A stretch of 64,000 nucleotides of DNA. Origin: an uncultured Gammaproteobacteria bacterium (GTDB lineage: Bacteria > Pseudomonadota > Gammaproteobacteria > Eutrophobiales > Eutrophobiaceae). Every line of letters starts with the position of its first letter. Within the stretch, counting starts at the first letter, position 1. Of this stretch, positions 1-9,700 are shown in pieces. The notes below the pieces were generated by a model. The model made no database searches. It was given only the letters and a program-made list of their open reading frames with translations, and was not told where the DNA came from. Location of the stretch: contig CATOTD010000003.1 of NCBI GenBank assembly GCA_951812995.1, positions 331,288 through 395,287 of the forward strand, read 5' to 3'. A program made the translations under genes and the position numbers.

Positions 1-1
1 T

Positions 2-223
2 GACATAGCCGATGTAAAACAATGCTCACAAGAAAATGGTGTCGATCATATTCTGGCCGCACGCTTTCTGCAACGTTTTGTCAAGCACGATACACCGTGG
101 ATTCATATAGATTTATCCAGCAGTAACAGAAAGGGTGGGTTGGCACATATACCAACGGACACGATTGGCTTTGGGGTACGCTACAGTGTTAATTTATTGC
201 TGAATAATTATTTAAATAAATAA
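2..223 (+). CDS. 3' end of an M17 (leucyl) aminopeptidase-family gene (partial, begins upstream of window)
   Basis: The frame is open from the window edge to TAA at 221-223. The translation ..GVDHILAARFLQRFVKHDTPWIHIDLSS..TIGFGVRYSVNLLL resembles the C-terminal end of M17 peptidases. Assigned by recall, not a search. Confidence 0.5.
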   Translation, partial: DIADVKQCSQENGVDHILAARFLQRFVKHDTPWIHIDLSSSNRKGGLAHIPTDTIGFGVRYSVNLLLNNYLNK

Positions 224-242
224 CAGGCAGGGATATAAAACG

Positions 243-1019
243 ATGTCGGGTGGGATGCTAAAAAAAATACGGATCTTCATACTCCTGTACATTTTATTTA
301 TGGTCGCGGTTGCGGGGTGGTTGGCCAAGGCGCGATCCACTGATTGGGACAAACCACTTAACGTTGTTATCTATGCAATCAATGGCGATGACAGCGCAGC
401 AAGTAAAAAGTATATAGATAAAATTGGAAAAACACATTTTGATGCCATTGAAAGTTTTTTTGAACGCGAAGCACGGCACTACAATTTATCGTTAAGCAAA
501 CCGGTTGATGTTACGTTTGTCGGGGAACTTGAATCGAAGCCACCCCTCCCACCACGCCATGGCTCCACTTTATCAATCATGTTATGGAGCCTGAAGTTGC
601 GTTATTGGGCCTGGAAAAATGATCAATATCCTTATGCAGAAGACGTACAAATATTTGTGCTTTATTTTGATCCAGAAGAAGCATCAATACTCGCACACTC
701 GCTGGGATTACAAAAAGGGCTGATAGGCGTGGTGAACGCCTTTGCCAGCAAGGAGATGAAGACTACAAATCATGTCATTATTGCACATGAATTGTTACAT
801 ACCGTAGGTGCTACGGATAAATATGATCCAGCATCAAATATGCCGATCTACCCTACAGGCTATGCGAATCCGAAACAAGAACCCTTATTTCCACAAAAGC
901 AGGCCGAGATTATGGCCGGGCGAGTCGCGATAAGCGAGACCCGGGCCGAACAACCCACAACGTTTAAACAGGTCATGTTGGGTAATGTAACAGCGGCTGA
1001 AATCAATTGGTTAAAATAA
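243..1019 (+). CDS. membrane-anchored hypothetical protein with HExxH motif (possible Zn-metallopeptidase)
   Basis: 258-aa ORF with an N-terminal hydrophobic helix (IRIFILLYILFMVAVAGWLA) and an HELLH motif (IIAHELLHTVGATDKYD). Confidence 0.5.
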   Translation: MSGGMLKKIRIFILLYILFMVAVAGWLAKARSTDWDKPLNVVIYAINGDDSAASKKYIDKIGKTHFDAIESFFEREARHYNLSLSKPVDVTFVGELESKPPLPPRHGSTLSIMLWSLKLRYWAWKNDQYPYAEDVQIFVLYFDPEEASILAHSLGLQKGLIGVVNAFASKEMKTTNHVIIAHELLHTVGATDKYDPASNMPIYPTGYANPKQEPLFPQKQAEIMAGRVAISETRAEQPTTFKQVMLGNVTAAEINWLK

Positions 1020-1057
1020 GGCGTTATCGATCAGGCTGGGTCGGATCGAGTGTGGGT

Positions 1058-2447
1058 TGGAGTTATAACCGAATCTGGTGTCTGAATAAATTTGAAGTAT
1101 GCGGCGTGCCTTGCTGAAATCGGTTTTGTCTAGCAATCGAAAGTAACAAGAGGAGCACGCCACACATGACAAAAGATACTGTGATTAATCTGGGTACACC
1201 AGAGGATATTGACCCGTTGACTGAATTGCTACGTAGCGGTGCCAAACAGCTGATAACAGAAGCGATTCAGGCGGAGTTGGCCGAGTTGATGGCAAGTTTT
1301 GATAATCAGAAAACGAGTGAAGGCAGACAGCGTGTTGTGCGCAATGGCTATCACCCAGAACGAGAAGTATTGACCGGTGTTGGCAAAGTACCAGTGTCGG
1401 TGCCAAAGATCCGTAGCCGAGAAGGCGAGCCTGAGAGCTTCCAATCGTTAATAGTGCCTCCTTACATCCGGCGTACAGCGACCCTGGACGCGGCGATTCC
1501 CTGGCTTTATTTGCAGGGTGTTTCGAGTGGTCAGATGCAGAGCGCCCTGGAAGTGATTGTCGGGCCTGATGCCAAGGGCTTATCCGCCAATGCAGTTGGT
1601 CGCCTGAAACGTCAGTGGGAATCAGAGTACAAAACCTGGAGTACACGTTCAGTGACTGACGAATGGGTCTATATCTGGGCTGATGGCATCTACAGTGGTC
1701 TTCGAGGTGACGATGGTTGATTGTGTTGTCTGGTCATCATTGGCGTGAACAGCCGCGGTCAGAAGCACTTCCTGGCAATTAAGGATGGTGTCAGGGAATC
1801 GAAGCAGAGCTGGTGAGAAGTCTTGTTGTCGTTGAAACAGCGAGGTTTAAACCAACCACCGAAGCTGGCGATTGGCGACGGTGCTCTGGGATTCTGGGTA
1901 GCATTGGAAGAAGTCTATCCTGAGACAACAGCACAACGCTACTGGATGCATAAGACCGGTAATGTACTGAACTATCTGCCGAAGTCTGTCCAGGAGAAAG
2001 CGAAACAAGGGCTACATGACATTTGGATGGCAGAGGGGCGCACTGATGCAGAGAAGGCATTTGATGCATTTGAGGAACGTTTCGGTGTCAAGTATCCCAA
2101 GGCAGTGGCCATGCTTATCGAAAGACCGTGATGCGTTGCTGGCATTTTATGACTTTCCAGCAGAGCACTGGACCCACATCAGGACAACGAATGTCACCCC
2201 GTCGAGTTTTGCCACAATCCGGCACAGGACACGGCAAGCGAAAGGTCGTATCACACGAATAACGATGCTGACGATGATCTACAAAATGGGATTATGCGCA
2301 GAAGATTCCTGGCGCAAACTGCGAGGCTTCAGACACCTGGCGAAGGTGATTGGAGGCGTGAAGCCTAAAGATGGAATCGAAGTAACTGAGAACGACAAGG
2401 CAACCGCATGATTAACTTGTCAGACACTACTTTTGACAATAGCTCTC
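1058..2447 (+). mobile_element. degenerate IS256-family insertion sequence
   Basis: Imperfect terminal inverted repeats share the core GTGTCTGA (left ~1060-1092, right ~2411-2447 reverse-complemented). They enclose a broken IS256/mutator-type transposase. No matching target duplication was seen, so boundaries are approximate. Confidence 0.55.
1166..2411 (+). pseudogene. IS256-family transposase, interrupted by in-frame stops and a frameshift (three ORF pieces 1166-1720, 1823-2131, 2016-2411)
   Basis: The pieces translate to contiguous IS256-type transposase sequence (..RVVRNGYHPEREVLTGVGKVPVSVPKIR.., ..WVYIWADGIYSGLRGDDG*..CLVIIGVNSRGQKHFLAI.., ..FYDFPAEHWTHIRTTN..). Stops lie at 1718-1720 and ~1815. 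Confidence 0.8.
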
Positions 2448-2448
2448 A

Positions 2449-2743
2449 ATGGACACGTGGTTCTTGTACCCAAAGTGCGGAACCGAAATATCGACAAGGC
2501 CAGTATCCTCCTCACCCTCCTTGGTCGTCTTGGCCTTTGAATACTTGACCGTCCAACGCGCATCGGTGTCTTTCTGCGCTGCCTTGGACAGATCATCGGG
2601 CCAGATGTCAGATGCGGCCTCACCTGCCTTGGCGCGCGCTTTCTCTTCTTTCGTCATTCGTTGGCGCAGAGCTGAGCTTCAAACGCGGCAAACAGGGCCT
2701 TGAAGACACCCGCCTGGGTCAGCTTCTCTCTGAAAAGCCAGAT
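2449..2743 (-). pseudogene. internal fragment of an IS5-family transposase gene (piece A', with a ~60-bp deletion)
   Basis: Near-identical to 3691-4046 of the full copy (MTKEEKARAKAGEAASDIWPDDLSKAAQKDTDARWTVKYSKAKTTKE..HFGYKNHVSI). It lacks ~60 bp around 2657-2665 and is cut at 2448/2449 by the IS256 end. Confidence 0.65.
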
Positions 2744-3129
2744 GGAAGCCTCTAAAAACCGTGCATTTTTGGGTGTGATCTGATTCACTTGATGTGGGAG
2801 GATTTTGTTTATGCACGCACCTGGATTGTTTGATTTGACGGATCATTTGGCGCGGCTTTCGGCGATGGGAGATCCGCTTGAGGTTTTGGAGCGGCACGTT
2901 GATTTCGAAGTGTTTCGCCCAGTTCTTGTTGAAGCGCTTGATTATGGGGAACGTCCCAAAGGTGGTCGCCCACCCTATGATGCCGTTGTGATGTTCAAGG
3001 TTCTGGTCTTGGCCTCGATGCACAATCTGAGCGATGAGCGGATGGAGTTTCTCATTCGTGACCGTTTCAGTTGGTTGCGTTTCCTGGGATTTCAAATCGG
3101 GGAGCCGACACCTGATCAGAAGACGATCT
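2744..3129 (+). mobile_element. inverted left arm of an IS5-family element (IR GGAAGCCTCTAAAAAC plus transposase N-terminus 2805-3129)
   Basis: Reverse complement of the segment equivalent to 4041-4428, with a few SNPs (MGDPLEV vs MGYPLEV, ALDYGERP vs ALGYGERP). It ends at ..GACGATCTGG, directly abutting the right end of the full copy. Confidence 0.65.
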
Positions 3130-4428
3130 GGAGACCTCGAACAACACTGATTCTGGATGGATTTTGACGCGAGCACCAGTCGTTGTCACCCGCATAGTGG
3201 GTGTGAAGGTCAAGGTCGGTGGTATTTGAGGCTGTGTTGCGCTGTTTGGGACTGCCAGGGCGGGTATTTCCGGAATTTGGGCGGAGTCAGGCTGTGGCCT
3301 GTCGTCGCTCGTGGAAGATGAGACGGCGGAAGTTGTAGCTCAGGTTGGCCATGGTCATGCGGGCCTTCGCACGGGTTTGGCCGATTGAGCGGATGGTCAG
3401 AGCCATGGGCCCTTTCTCGTAGCCGAACACAGGCGCGGATGGCGGAGCGTGTCGCGTTGCCCCGACGAATATGCCTGGCCATGGGTTTGCCGCGTGGCTT
3501 CTTGCGGTGAATGTGTGAGCGGTACCCTTGCGCCTTCAGCCAAGCCTCATTCCTGGCCGAGCGGTACCCGGTATCAGCCCAAACCGCCTTCGAGCTGTTT
3601 GTCTCGTCCAGAACCGAGGAGCGTTCATGCCCGTCGTAGCGAGCCGCATTCGTGCCAGTCTCACCCCGGATGAAGCGCCATTTGCGGTCTATGGACACGT
3701 GGTTCTTATAGCCGAAGTGCGGAACCGAAATATCGACAAGGCCAGTATCCTCCTCAACCTCCTTGGTCGTCTTGGCCTTTGAATACTTGACCGTCCAACG
3801 CGCATCGGTGTCTTTCTGCGCTGCCTTGGACAGATCATCGGGCCAGATGTCAGACGCGGCCTCACCTGCCTTGGCGCGCTCCTTTTCTTCTTTCGTCATC
3901 CGCTGGCGCGGGGCAGAGACCAACGTGGCATCCACAATCTGACCGCCAGTCGGTTTGTATCCCCGCGCGCAGAGCTGAGCTTCAAACGCGGCAAACAGGG
4001 CCTTGAAGACACCCGCCTAGGTCAGCTTCTCTCTGAAAAGCCAGATCGTCTTCTGGTCAGGGGTCGGCTCCCCGATTTGAAATCCCAGGAACCGCAGCCA
4101 ACTGAAACGGTCACGAATGAGAAACTCCATCCGCTCATCGCTCAGATTGTGCATCGAGGCCAACACCAGCACCTTGAACATCACAACGGCATCATAGGGC
4201 GGACGACCACCTTTGGGACGTTCCCCATAGCCAAGTGCTTCAACAAGAACTGGGCGAAACACTTCGAAATCAACGTGCCGCTCCAAAACCTCAAGCGGAT
4301 ATCCCATCGCCGAAAGCCGCGCCAAATGATCCGTCAAATCAAACAATCCAGGTGCGTGCATAAACAAAATCCTCCCACATCAAGTGAATCAGATCGTACC
4401 ACAAAATGTACGGTTTTTAGAGGCTTCC
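3130..4428 (-). mobile_element. full-length IS5-family insertion sequence (~1.3 kb)
   Basis: The terminal IRs GGAGACCTCGAACAAC (3130-) and GGAAGCCTCTAAAAAC (reverse complement of 4428-) are related at about 12 of 16 positions. The element encloses one transposase gene. Confidence 0.7.
3287..4367 (-). pseudogene. IS5-family (DDE) transposase with a nonsense codon and a frameshift
   Basis: The N-terminal piece 4017-4367 ends at TAG, where the sister fragment at 2716-2718 has CAG. The same frame continues in 3210-3935. The authentic C-terminus (..MTMANLSYNFRRLIFHERRQATA*) lies in another frame and ends at 3287-3289. Confidence 0.75.
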
Positions 4429-4432
4429 AGTT

Positions 4433-4516
4433 GACTATCCGAACGGCAAGTTTGCGCGGCTCCACGATCCTGAAGGGAACCCCATCGAACTTTGGGAGCC
4501 GATAAACACGTTTTAG
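4433..4516 (+). pseudogene. C-terminal stub of a VOC/glyoxalase-family gene truncated by the IS5 element
   Basis: The frame reads DYPNGKFARLHDPEGNPIELWEPINTF*, typical of the last strand of VOC-family proteins (..DPeGN.ieLwep). It starts right at the IS end at 4428. Confidence 0.45.
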
Positions 4517-4780
4517 TATGTGCTTAAATTCCCTTAGGCAAGTGCGTTACCCATATATTAAAGCCGCTTTCATCTTAAAAATGTGCGATTAGTTGGCCTT
4601 TGGATTTGATCGCAACATCAGGCATAAATATGGCTTTAATGACTGACAACAGGAGGTTCAGCTAAACATACTTTCGCATGCTTCCAAACTTGTCCATCAG
4701 GATTTTATGCTGGGTAATACGCGGGGAAAAATGCTATTGTTTTGCATAATTCCACGGATCAGACGGATCATATCCCCATC

Positions 4781-5392
4781 TTATGAATTCCTGAATTTTT
4801 TTGCTATCCAGTAATCAACGCTGACATACTTTCCACCGCCCATCACGAGTAAGGCAAGTAACATAATAAAGTAGGTTGCGGCAAATTCAATGCCGTTATT
4901 CAGCATTACCAGCGCACCATTCTCGGTTAGCCAACTGTAGTTACCATGTTCTTGTAAAATATCTTTGGCACGATCTAGCCGTTCAATCGCACCCATTGTC
5001 CGCTCTGTCGCAAAAAAACCGCTTCCTTCGGCAATAGCAAGCCATCCATTTTGTAAATGTACAGTCGTAGCTGCAACAAGCATAGTTACCATCAGCGGTA
5101 TTGAAATCCAACGCACGCCCAGACCAAGTAGCAATAAGATTGCGCCGCCCGCTTCTGTTAGCGATGCCATCCAAGCCATCAAGGTCGGGAAGGGTAGTCC
5201 CAATCCCCAATCTGGATTTCCAAACCACTCAATCGTGCTATCAATCGAATTCATTTTCTTTGCACCCGCCATCCAGAAAATCGGAACCAGATATAAGCGT
5301 AATAGCAATGAAGCAATAAAACCAAATGCCTCAATCACCGTATCCAAAAGATTCTGTGCCCAATTTATTAAACTTATTATGGTTGCCATCAT
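4781..5392 (-). CDS. DoxX-family inner-membrane protein
   Basis: 203-aa ORF with 4-5 hydrophobic helices and DoxX-like sequence (..YLVPIFWMAGAKK.., ..EAGGAILLLLGLGVRWISIPLMVTMLVA..). Confidence 0.6.
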   Translation of the reverse strand: MMATIISLINWAQNLLDTVIEAFGFIASLLLRLYLVPIFWMAGAKKMNSIDSTIEWFGNPDWGLGLPFPTLMAWMASLTEAGGAILLLLGLGVRWISIPLMVTMLVAATTVHLQNGWLAIAEGSGFFATERTMGAIERLDRAKDILQEHGNYSWLTENGALVMLNNGIEFAATYFIMLLALLVMGGGKYVSVDYWIAKKFRNS

Positions 5393-5530
5393 TACCTCCT
5401 ATAAAACATTCGCTGTGATCAGATAAAGGGTTGTATGCGTATTATGAGCAATTTAGATATGCGCATGTTTTGAATTAAAAAGTAGCATTATCGTGATTGG
5501 TTTGCATACAATTCGACACGCTTTAAGTTT

Positions 5531-6736
5531 TTACCATTCCCAACCTAGCATCAGGCAATTCAAACCGCTGCCAATACCAAGAAAACCGACGCGATCGCCT
5601 TTTTTAAGAAACTGTCTTTGATCGGCAATGGCCGCCGTTAAAGGTACAGAGACGGTACCGATGTTGCCAAGATATTGATAGGTACTAAAATCTTTCTCGG
5701 GCGAGATACCAAGCTCTTTTAATATTGTATCGCGATGTCCTTGACCCACCTGATGACAAATTACTTTATCGACCTGGTCTCTGGCCCAACCCATTTTGGT
5801 AAGAAACGATCCCCAAGTTTTCACACCTAATCTGGCACCATGTTTTAATACGGCAACAGAGTCCGTGGACATGAATTCTGATAGTGCAGCAGGTAATTTT
5901 TCTGAAGGCATGATGCCCGCTAATGCCGGTGGCAATTTGTTGTTAGTCATCACTTCTTTTATTGCTGAAGGCAGTATTTCCGGGTGCATTATCTGATCTA
6001 TTGCGGCCAGTAATTTGTCGGGTGAAAACATCAATTCACCCAGTGCTACCGGCGATAGTGTGATACCCCAACGACAAAGTCGGTGATGCTCTGGCGCAGA
6101 TTGGTTGACACCACCAAGCAAGCGATGCGTTTGCTTATTATCGAATGAGCCATCGCTCAGCAATACTGCCGCCGCGCCAGAACCGCCCGTTAAAGTTGCG
6201 AGTGAACTTGAAAACATTTCCATGCACCTATCATTTAACATGCGCTCGATCATGATATCAACGATTTCGCGTGATGTTTCGCAGGAAACCACCATACCGG
6301 CCCTGATCTGCTTTAATTCAATTCGATTCGCGATATCAATGATGCCATTCAGCACACCTAGACAGGCGTTTGAAATATCATAAATATTAGCATCGTTACT
6401 AATACCTAATTGGGCTGCTACGGCGCAAGCGGTGGCGGGTTCAAAATTCTCTCGGCAAACACCCGTATAGATGAGTGCCTCGATATCTTTTGCTGTGATA
6501 TTGGATTGTTCCAGGGCCTTATGTGCGGCACTGGCGGCACCCTCTGAAAGCACGTGATTCTCTTCCCACCAGCGCCGTTCACTGATGCCAGTCAAGGCTT
6601 CTAATTGTCCAGATGCTATATTGAGCACGTCATACATTGGCATTAAGCGATTCTCAAGATCATCGGACGTGACGACGACTGGTGGTAGCTCATAGCCGAT
6701 GGACTCCATATGGACGCGGGAATATTTCATTGACAT
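5531..6736 (-). CDS. KAS III (FabH)-like 3-oxoacyl-ACP synthase with a ~70-aa insertion
   Basis: 401 aa. The Cys-His-Asn triad context is intact (ISNACLGVLNG, ICHQVGQGH, GNIGTVSVP). Its start lies 4 bp downstream of the PfaC-like stop, so it is probably co-transcribed. Confidence 0.75.
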   Translation of the reverse strand: MSMKYSRVHMESIGYELPPVVVTSDDLENRLMPMYDVLNIASGQLEALTGISERRWWEENHVLSEGAASAAHKALEQSNITAKDIEALIYTGVCRENFEPATACAVAAQLGISNDANIYDISNACLGVLNGIIDIANRIELKQIRAGMVVSCETSREIVDIMIERMLNDRCMEMFSSSLATLTGGSGAAAVLLSDGSFDNKQTHRLLGGVNQSAPEHHRLCRWGITLSPVALGELMFSPDKLLAAIDQIMHPEILPSAIKEVMTNNKLPPALAGIMPSEKLPAALSEFMSTDSVAVLKHGARLGVKTWGSFLTKMGWARDQVDKVICHQVGQGHRDTILKELGISPEKDFSTYQYLGNIGTVSVPLTAAIADQRQFLKKGDRVGFLGIGSGLNCLMLGWEW

Positions 6737-6739
6737 ATT

Positions 6740-9700
6740 CTATGTGATTCGGAGTGCAAAATCTTTCATCTGATAAATAATTCTGCCATCTACCGTTAAA
6801 AACCCATCTGCTTTCAGGGTTCTGGTTTGATCATCAATCGCGGTAATAACCGCCTGTACAAGGACTGTATCATCCACGGGCAAAATTTGGCCTCGGTAGA
6901 TCCATTCATGCGTCTGGTTGCGTGCCATACTTTCAAAAGCAACCTCCCCGGTTGTCAACGCATCTTGCCAGCGCGAGACCGCAAATACCTTAAGCAGTTG
7001 CAGGCAGGATTCGAGACCTAATGAGCCAGGCCAGACCGGATCTTGATGGAAATGAGCCTTAAAAAACCACGCTTCTTTTTTTACATGTGCTATCCCTTCA
7101 ATAAATCCCAAGCCGTTTGGCCCTCCATCAGGGACTTGCAAACTGATCTCGTCTATCATACGCATCATGTCCGCTGGCATCGGTGCGGTAGTGGGATAAG
7201 CACATGATCTGCCGCTGGCACGCTCTTCTGTGTTGGCCTGATAAGGTGCGGCACCTCGAATCCCGACCTGTTCTGCCAGGGTCGCATGTGAGAAAAAACC
7301 AAAATAGGTGTCGCCTTTATAAACCATGCCCAGATCTGAATATATCGCATAATCAAAATTCTGAATAATCATGTCGCCTGATTGAGAGACGTTTGTGATC
7401 TTGACCACCGTGCTCAGCGTGCCTATATCAGGCTGTACCATAAGATATTGTGTTGCCTTGCCCCCGAGATTTCTGAAGGACAGATCGGTTGCACTGCTTA
7501 AGGCTGAACCTAAATAGGCGGCCAACCAACCGCACGGTTGTAGCGCGACTTCAAGCAAGACTGCAAACGGCATATAAGGCTGATTGTCTTCAGTAAAATA
7601 CCACGCATCAGCGGGCACATCATATTCAGCTTCGATAACACCCCCCGCCTGCATAACCCATGGTTCGCAATCCTTGATTGCTGTAACATGATCAATAAAT
7701 TTATACGGCGGCCCTGGCAAACGCGCAATCCGGCGGTCGCTATCAAAGACTTTGTATCGGTCGCCAAATGCCGCTGAAGGTTTGCCAACCGCAAAGGCGA
7801 GGATGGAATCATTATCAAACAAGATTTGTTTTGTTTTTGCCTGATTTGCCCAGCGTGCTTCCAGGCGTTCGCGTTGCAACCCGCTGAGTTGAACGGACAT
7901 ATTCTTTATCTGCACGATGGCACGATGGTCGCCGTAAATTAAGGCCTCGGCCAAAACATAAGGCGTGCCATTTTCCAGATAGCCGATCTCTTTTAAGGTA
8001 ATTTCATATTGCACGGCTTTGGTTTTTTCAGTGATCTGACCGCGACATTTCAATTGGCTGATCTGATCAATAACAGGTTCGTAAATAAATTCATCCGTTG
8101 TGCCTATCCAACCCATGCGTAACAAATAAACACGCAAGGTATGCAGACAACATTCATACATTAATGTACCCGGCATAACACGATCATCGACAAAGTGGCA
8201 GATTAAAAACCAATCGTCTGGTCGGATATCGGCTTCACCCGTTATCTGGCCTATACCAAACCGACCACCATCAGGGTCAAGTTTTAAAATACGATGCACT
8301 AATGTCATGCGGCCGGCAGGTAGTCCAACAAGATTTGTTAATCCAGTATGGGCAAAGTTTTTACCAAAACACGCAGCCAGATCACCTGTGCGCAAGGCAT
8401 TGAGTTGTTCATCGTTATAACTTTCAACACGCATGGCAACGAGCTGTCGCCAGTCTTTAGTGCGCGTACCTGGTGCCGATTGCTTTTCCATGCGGGTCAA
8501 CACAAGGCCCTGCCCCGCATCCAACACTTGTCGGGTAAAAAAACCAGCACAGCCATTAGACATTGTGAGTAGCGTTTGTCCATTGACGGTACCGACAAAA
8601 TTAAAACGAAATAACCATGTATCGCCCTGCCGGAAGAAATGTTCTATGTGAATGTCGTAACGTATTTTTTGCCCTGCCGTAGGTAGCGATCCATGAAAGG
8701 TAATACATGCATCAAGCAAGCGATAAACAGCCAAGCCTTTTGTGATGTGATCGATGCCGAGGTAGCCAGTTAAAAACAGATCTGCTTGCCCTGCCTCTAC
8801 AGCGATGCAAGTAGGTATGCGACCAAGATCCAAATACCAGGCCGCGGGCAAGATGTCGTGTTCTGTCATGACACGACCGTTTGCAGTCCAGTCGTCTGTC
8901 AAGCCATCGGCTTTACCGTGCACTTCCAAAATGCGATCAACCAGCATCAAAGGTTCATCAGGAAGGCGTACTCGACTTGGATATTGATCAATATCGGCAA
9001 AACGTTCGCCCAGCAGCTTGCCAATAGAACCAGTGGCAAATTCCAGACACGCTGCTCGATTAAATTGGCAATCAGTAGCTTTGTTTATTTGACATTGTTC
9101 TTGTATTGTAAGTGCTATGGGCATTTCAATATTGCCGCCAGCAATTAACTGTAGTTGCATATACAGTGCTTGTTCGAGCGTTTTTGTCATGCCTTGACTT
9201 ACGCGCAAAAAGGTCTCTTGTGTTTTAGCATGTGCTATCTCAGAGCGTTGCATTTGCTGAATCATGGGTTGCAGATCACCATTTTCGACCATCGGCAGCG
9301 AACTTATATCTTGTTGTTCAATAATATCTGCCTTGCTTTGTTTGCTATTTAATTCAATAACGGTTGATTCTTTTTGTCTTGTTGTACGCGGTAGTGGTAC
9401 TTTGCATGGGTCACCACCCGTCTTGATACTGACATGGCTTTTGTATTTTTCTCCCGGTATCTCTTCTGTCCTATCAAGTTGTGACAAGTCAATCGCTACA
9501 CCTTCTGCATAGAGTCTTGCTAACAATGCCAGAATATTATCAACACTGTCCTGACCTTTAACACAGAGTGCCTTGGCGAAATAAGCCCCCCCCGCTGCGT
9601 TTTGACCCAGTATCTGATCAATCATTCTGGTACATGACTCACCTGGCCCCATCTCGATAAACAAGCGCACACCATCTGCATAGGCACTTTGAATCACCTT

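Noticed and set aside
2679-4505. ORFs 2679-3176 (-), 4077-4505 (+), 3449-3673 (+) and 3528-3782 (+).
   Set aside because: They are mirror-image ORFs antisense to the IS5 transposase pieces. The two largest are reverse complements of each other's locus and read through IS ends.
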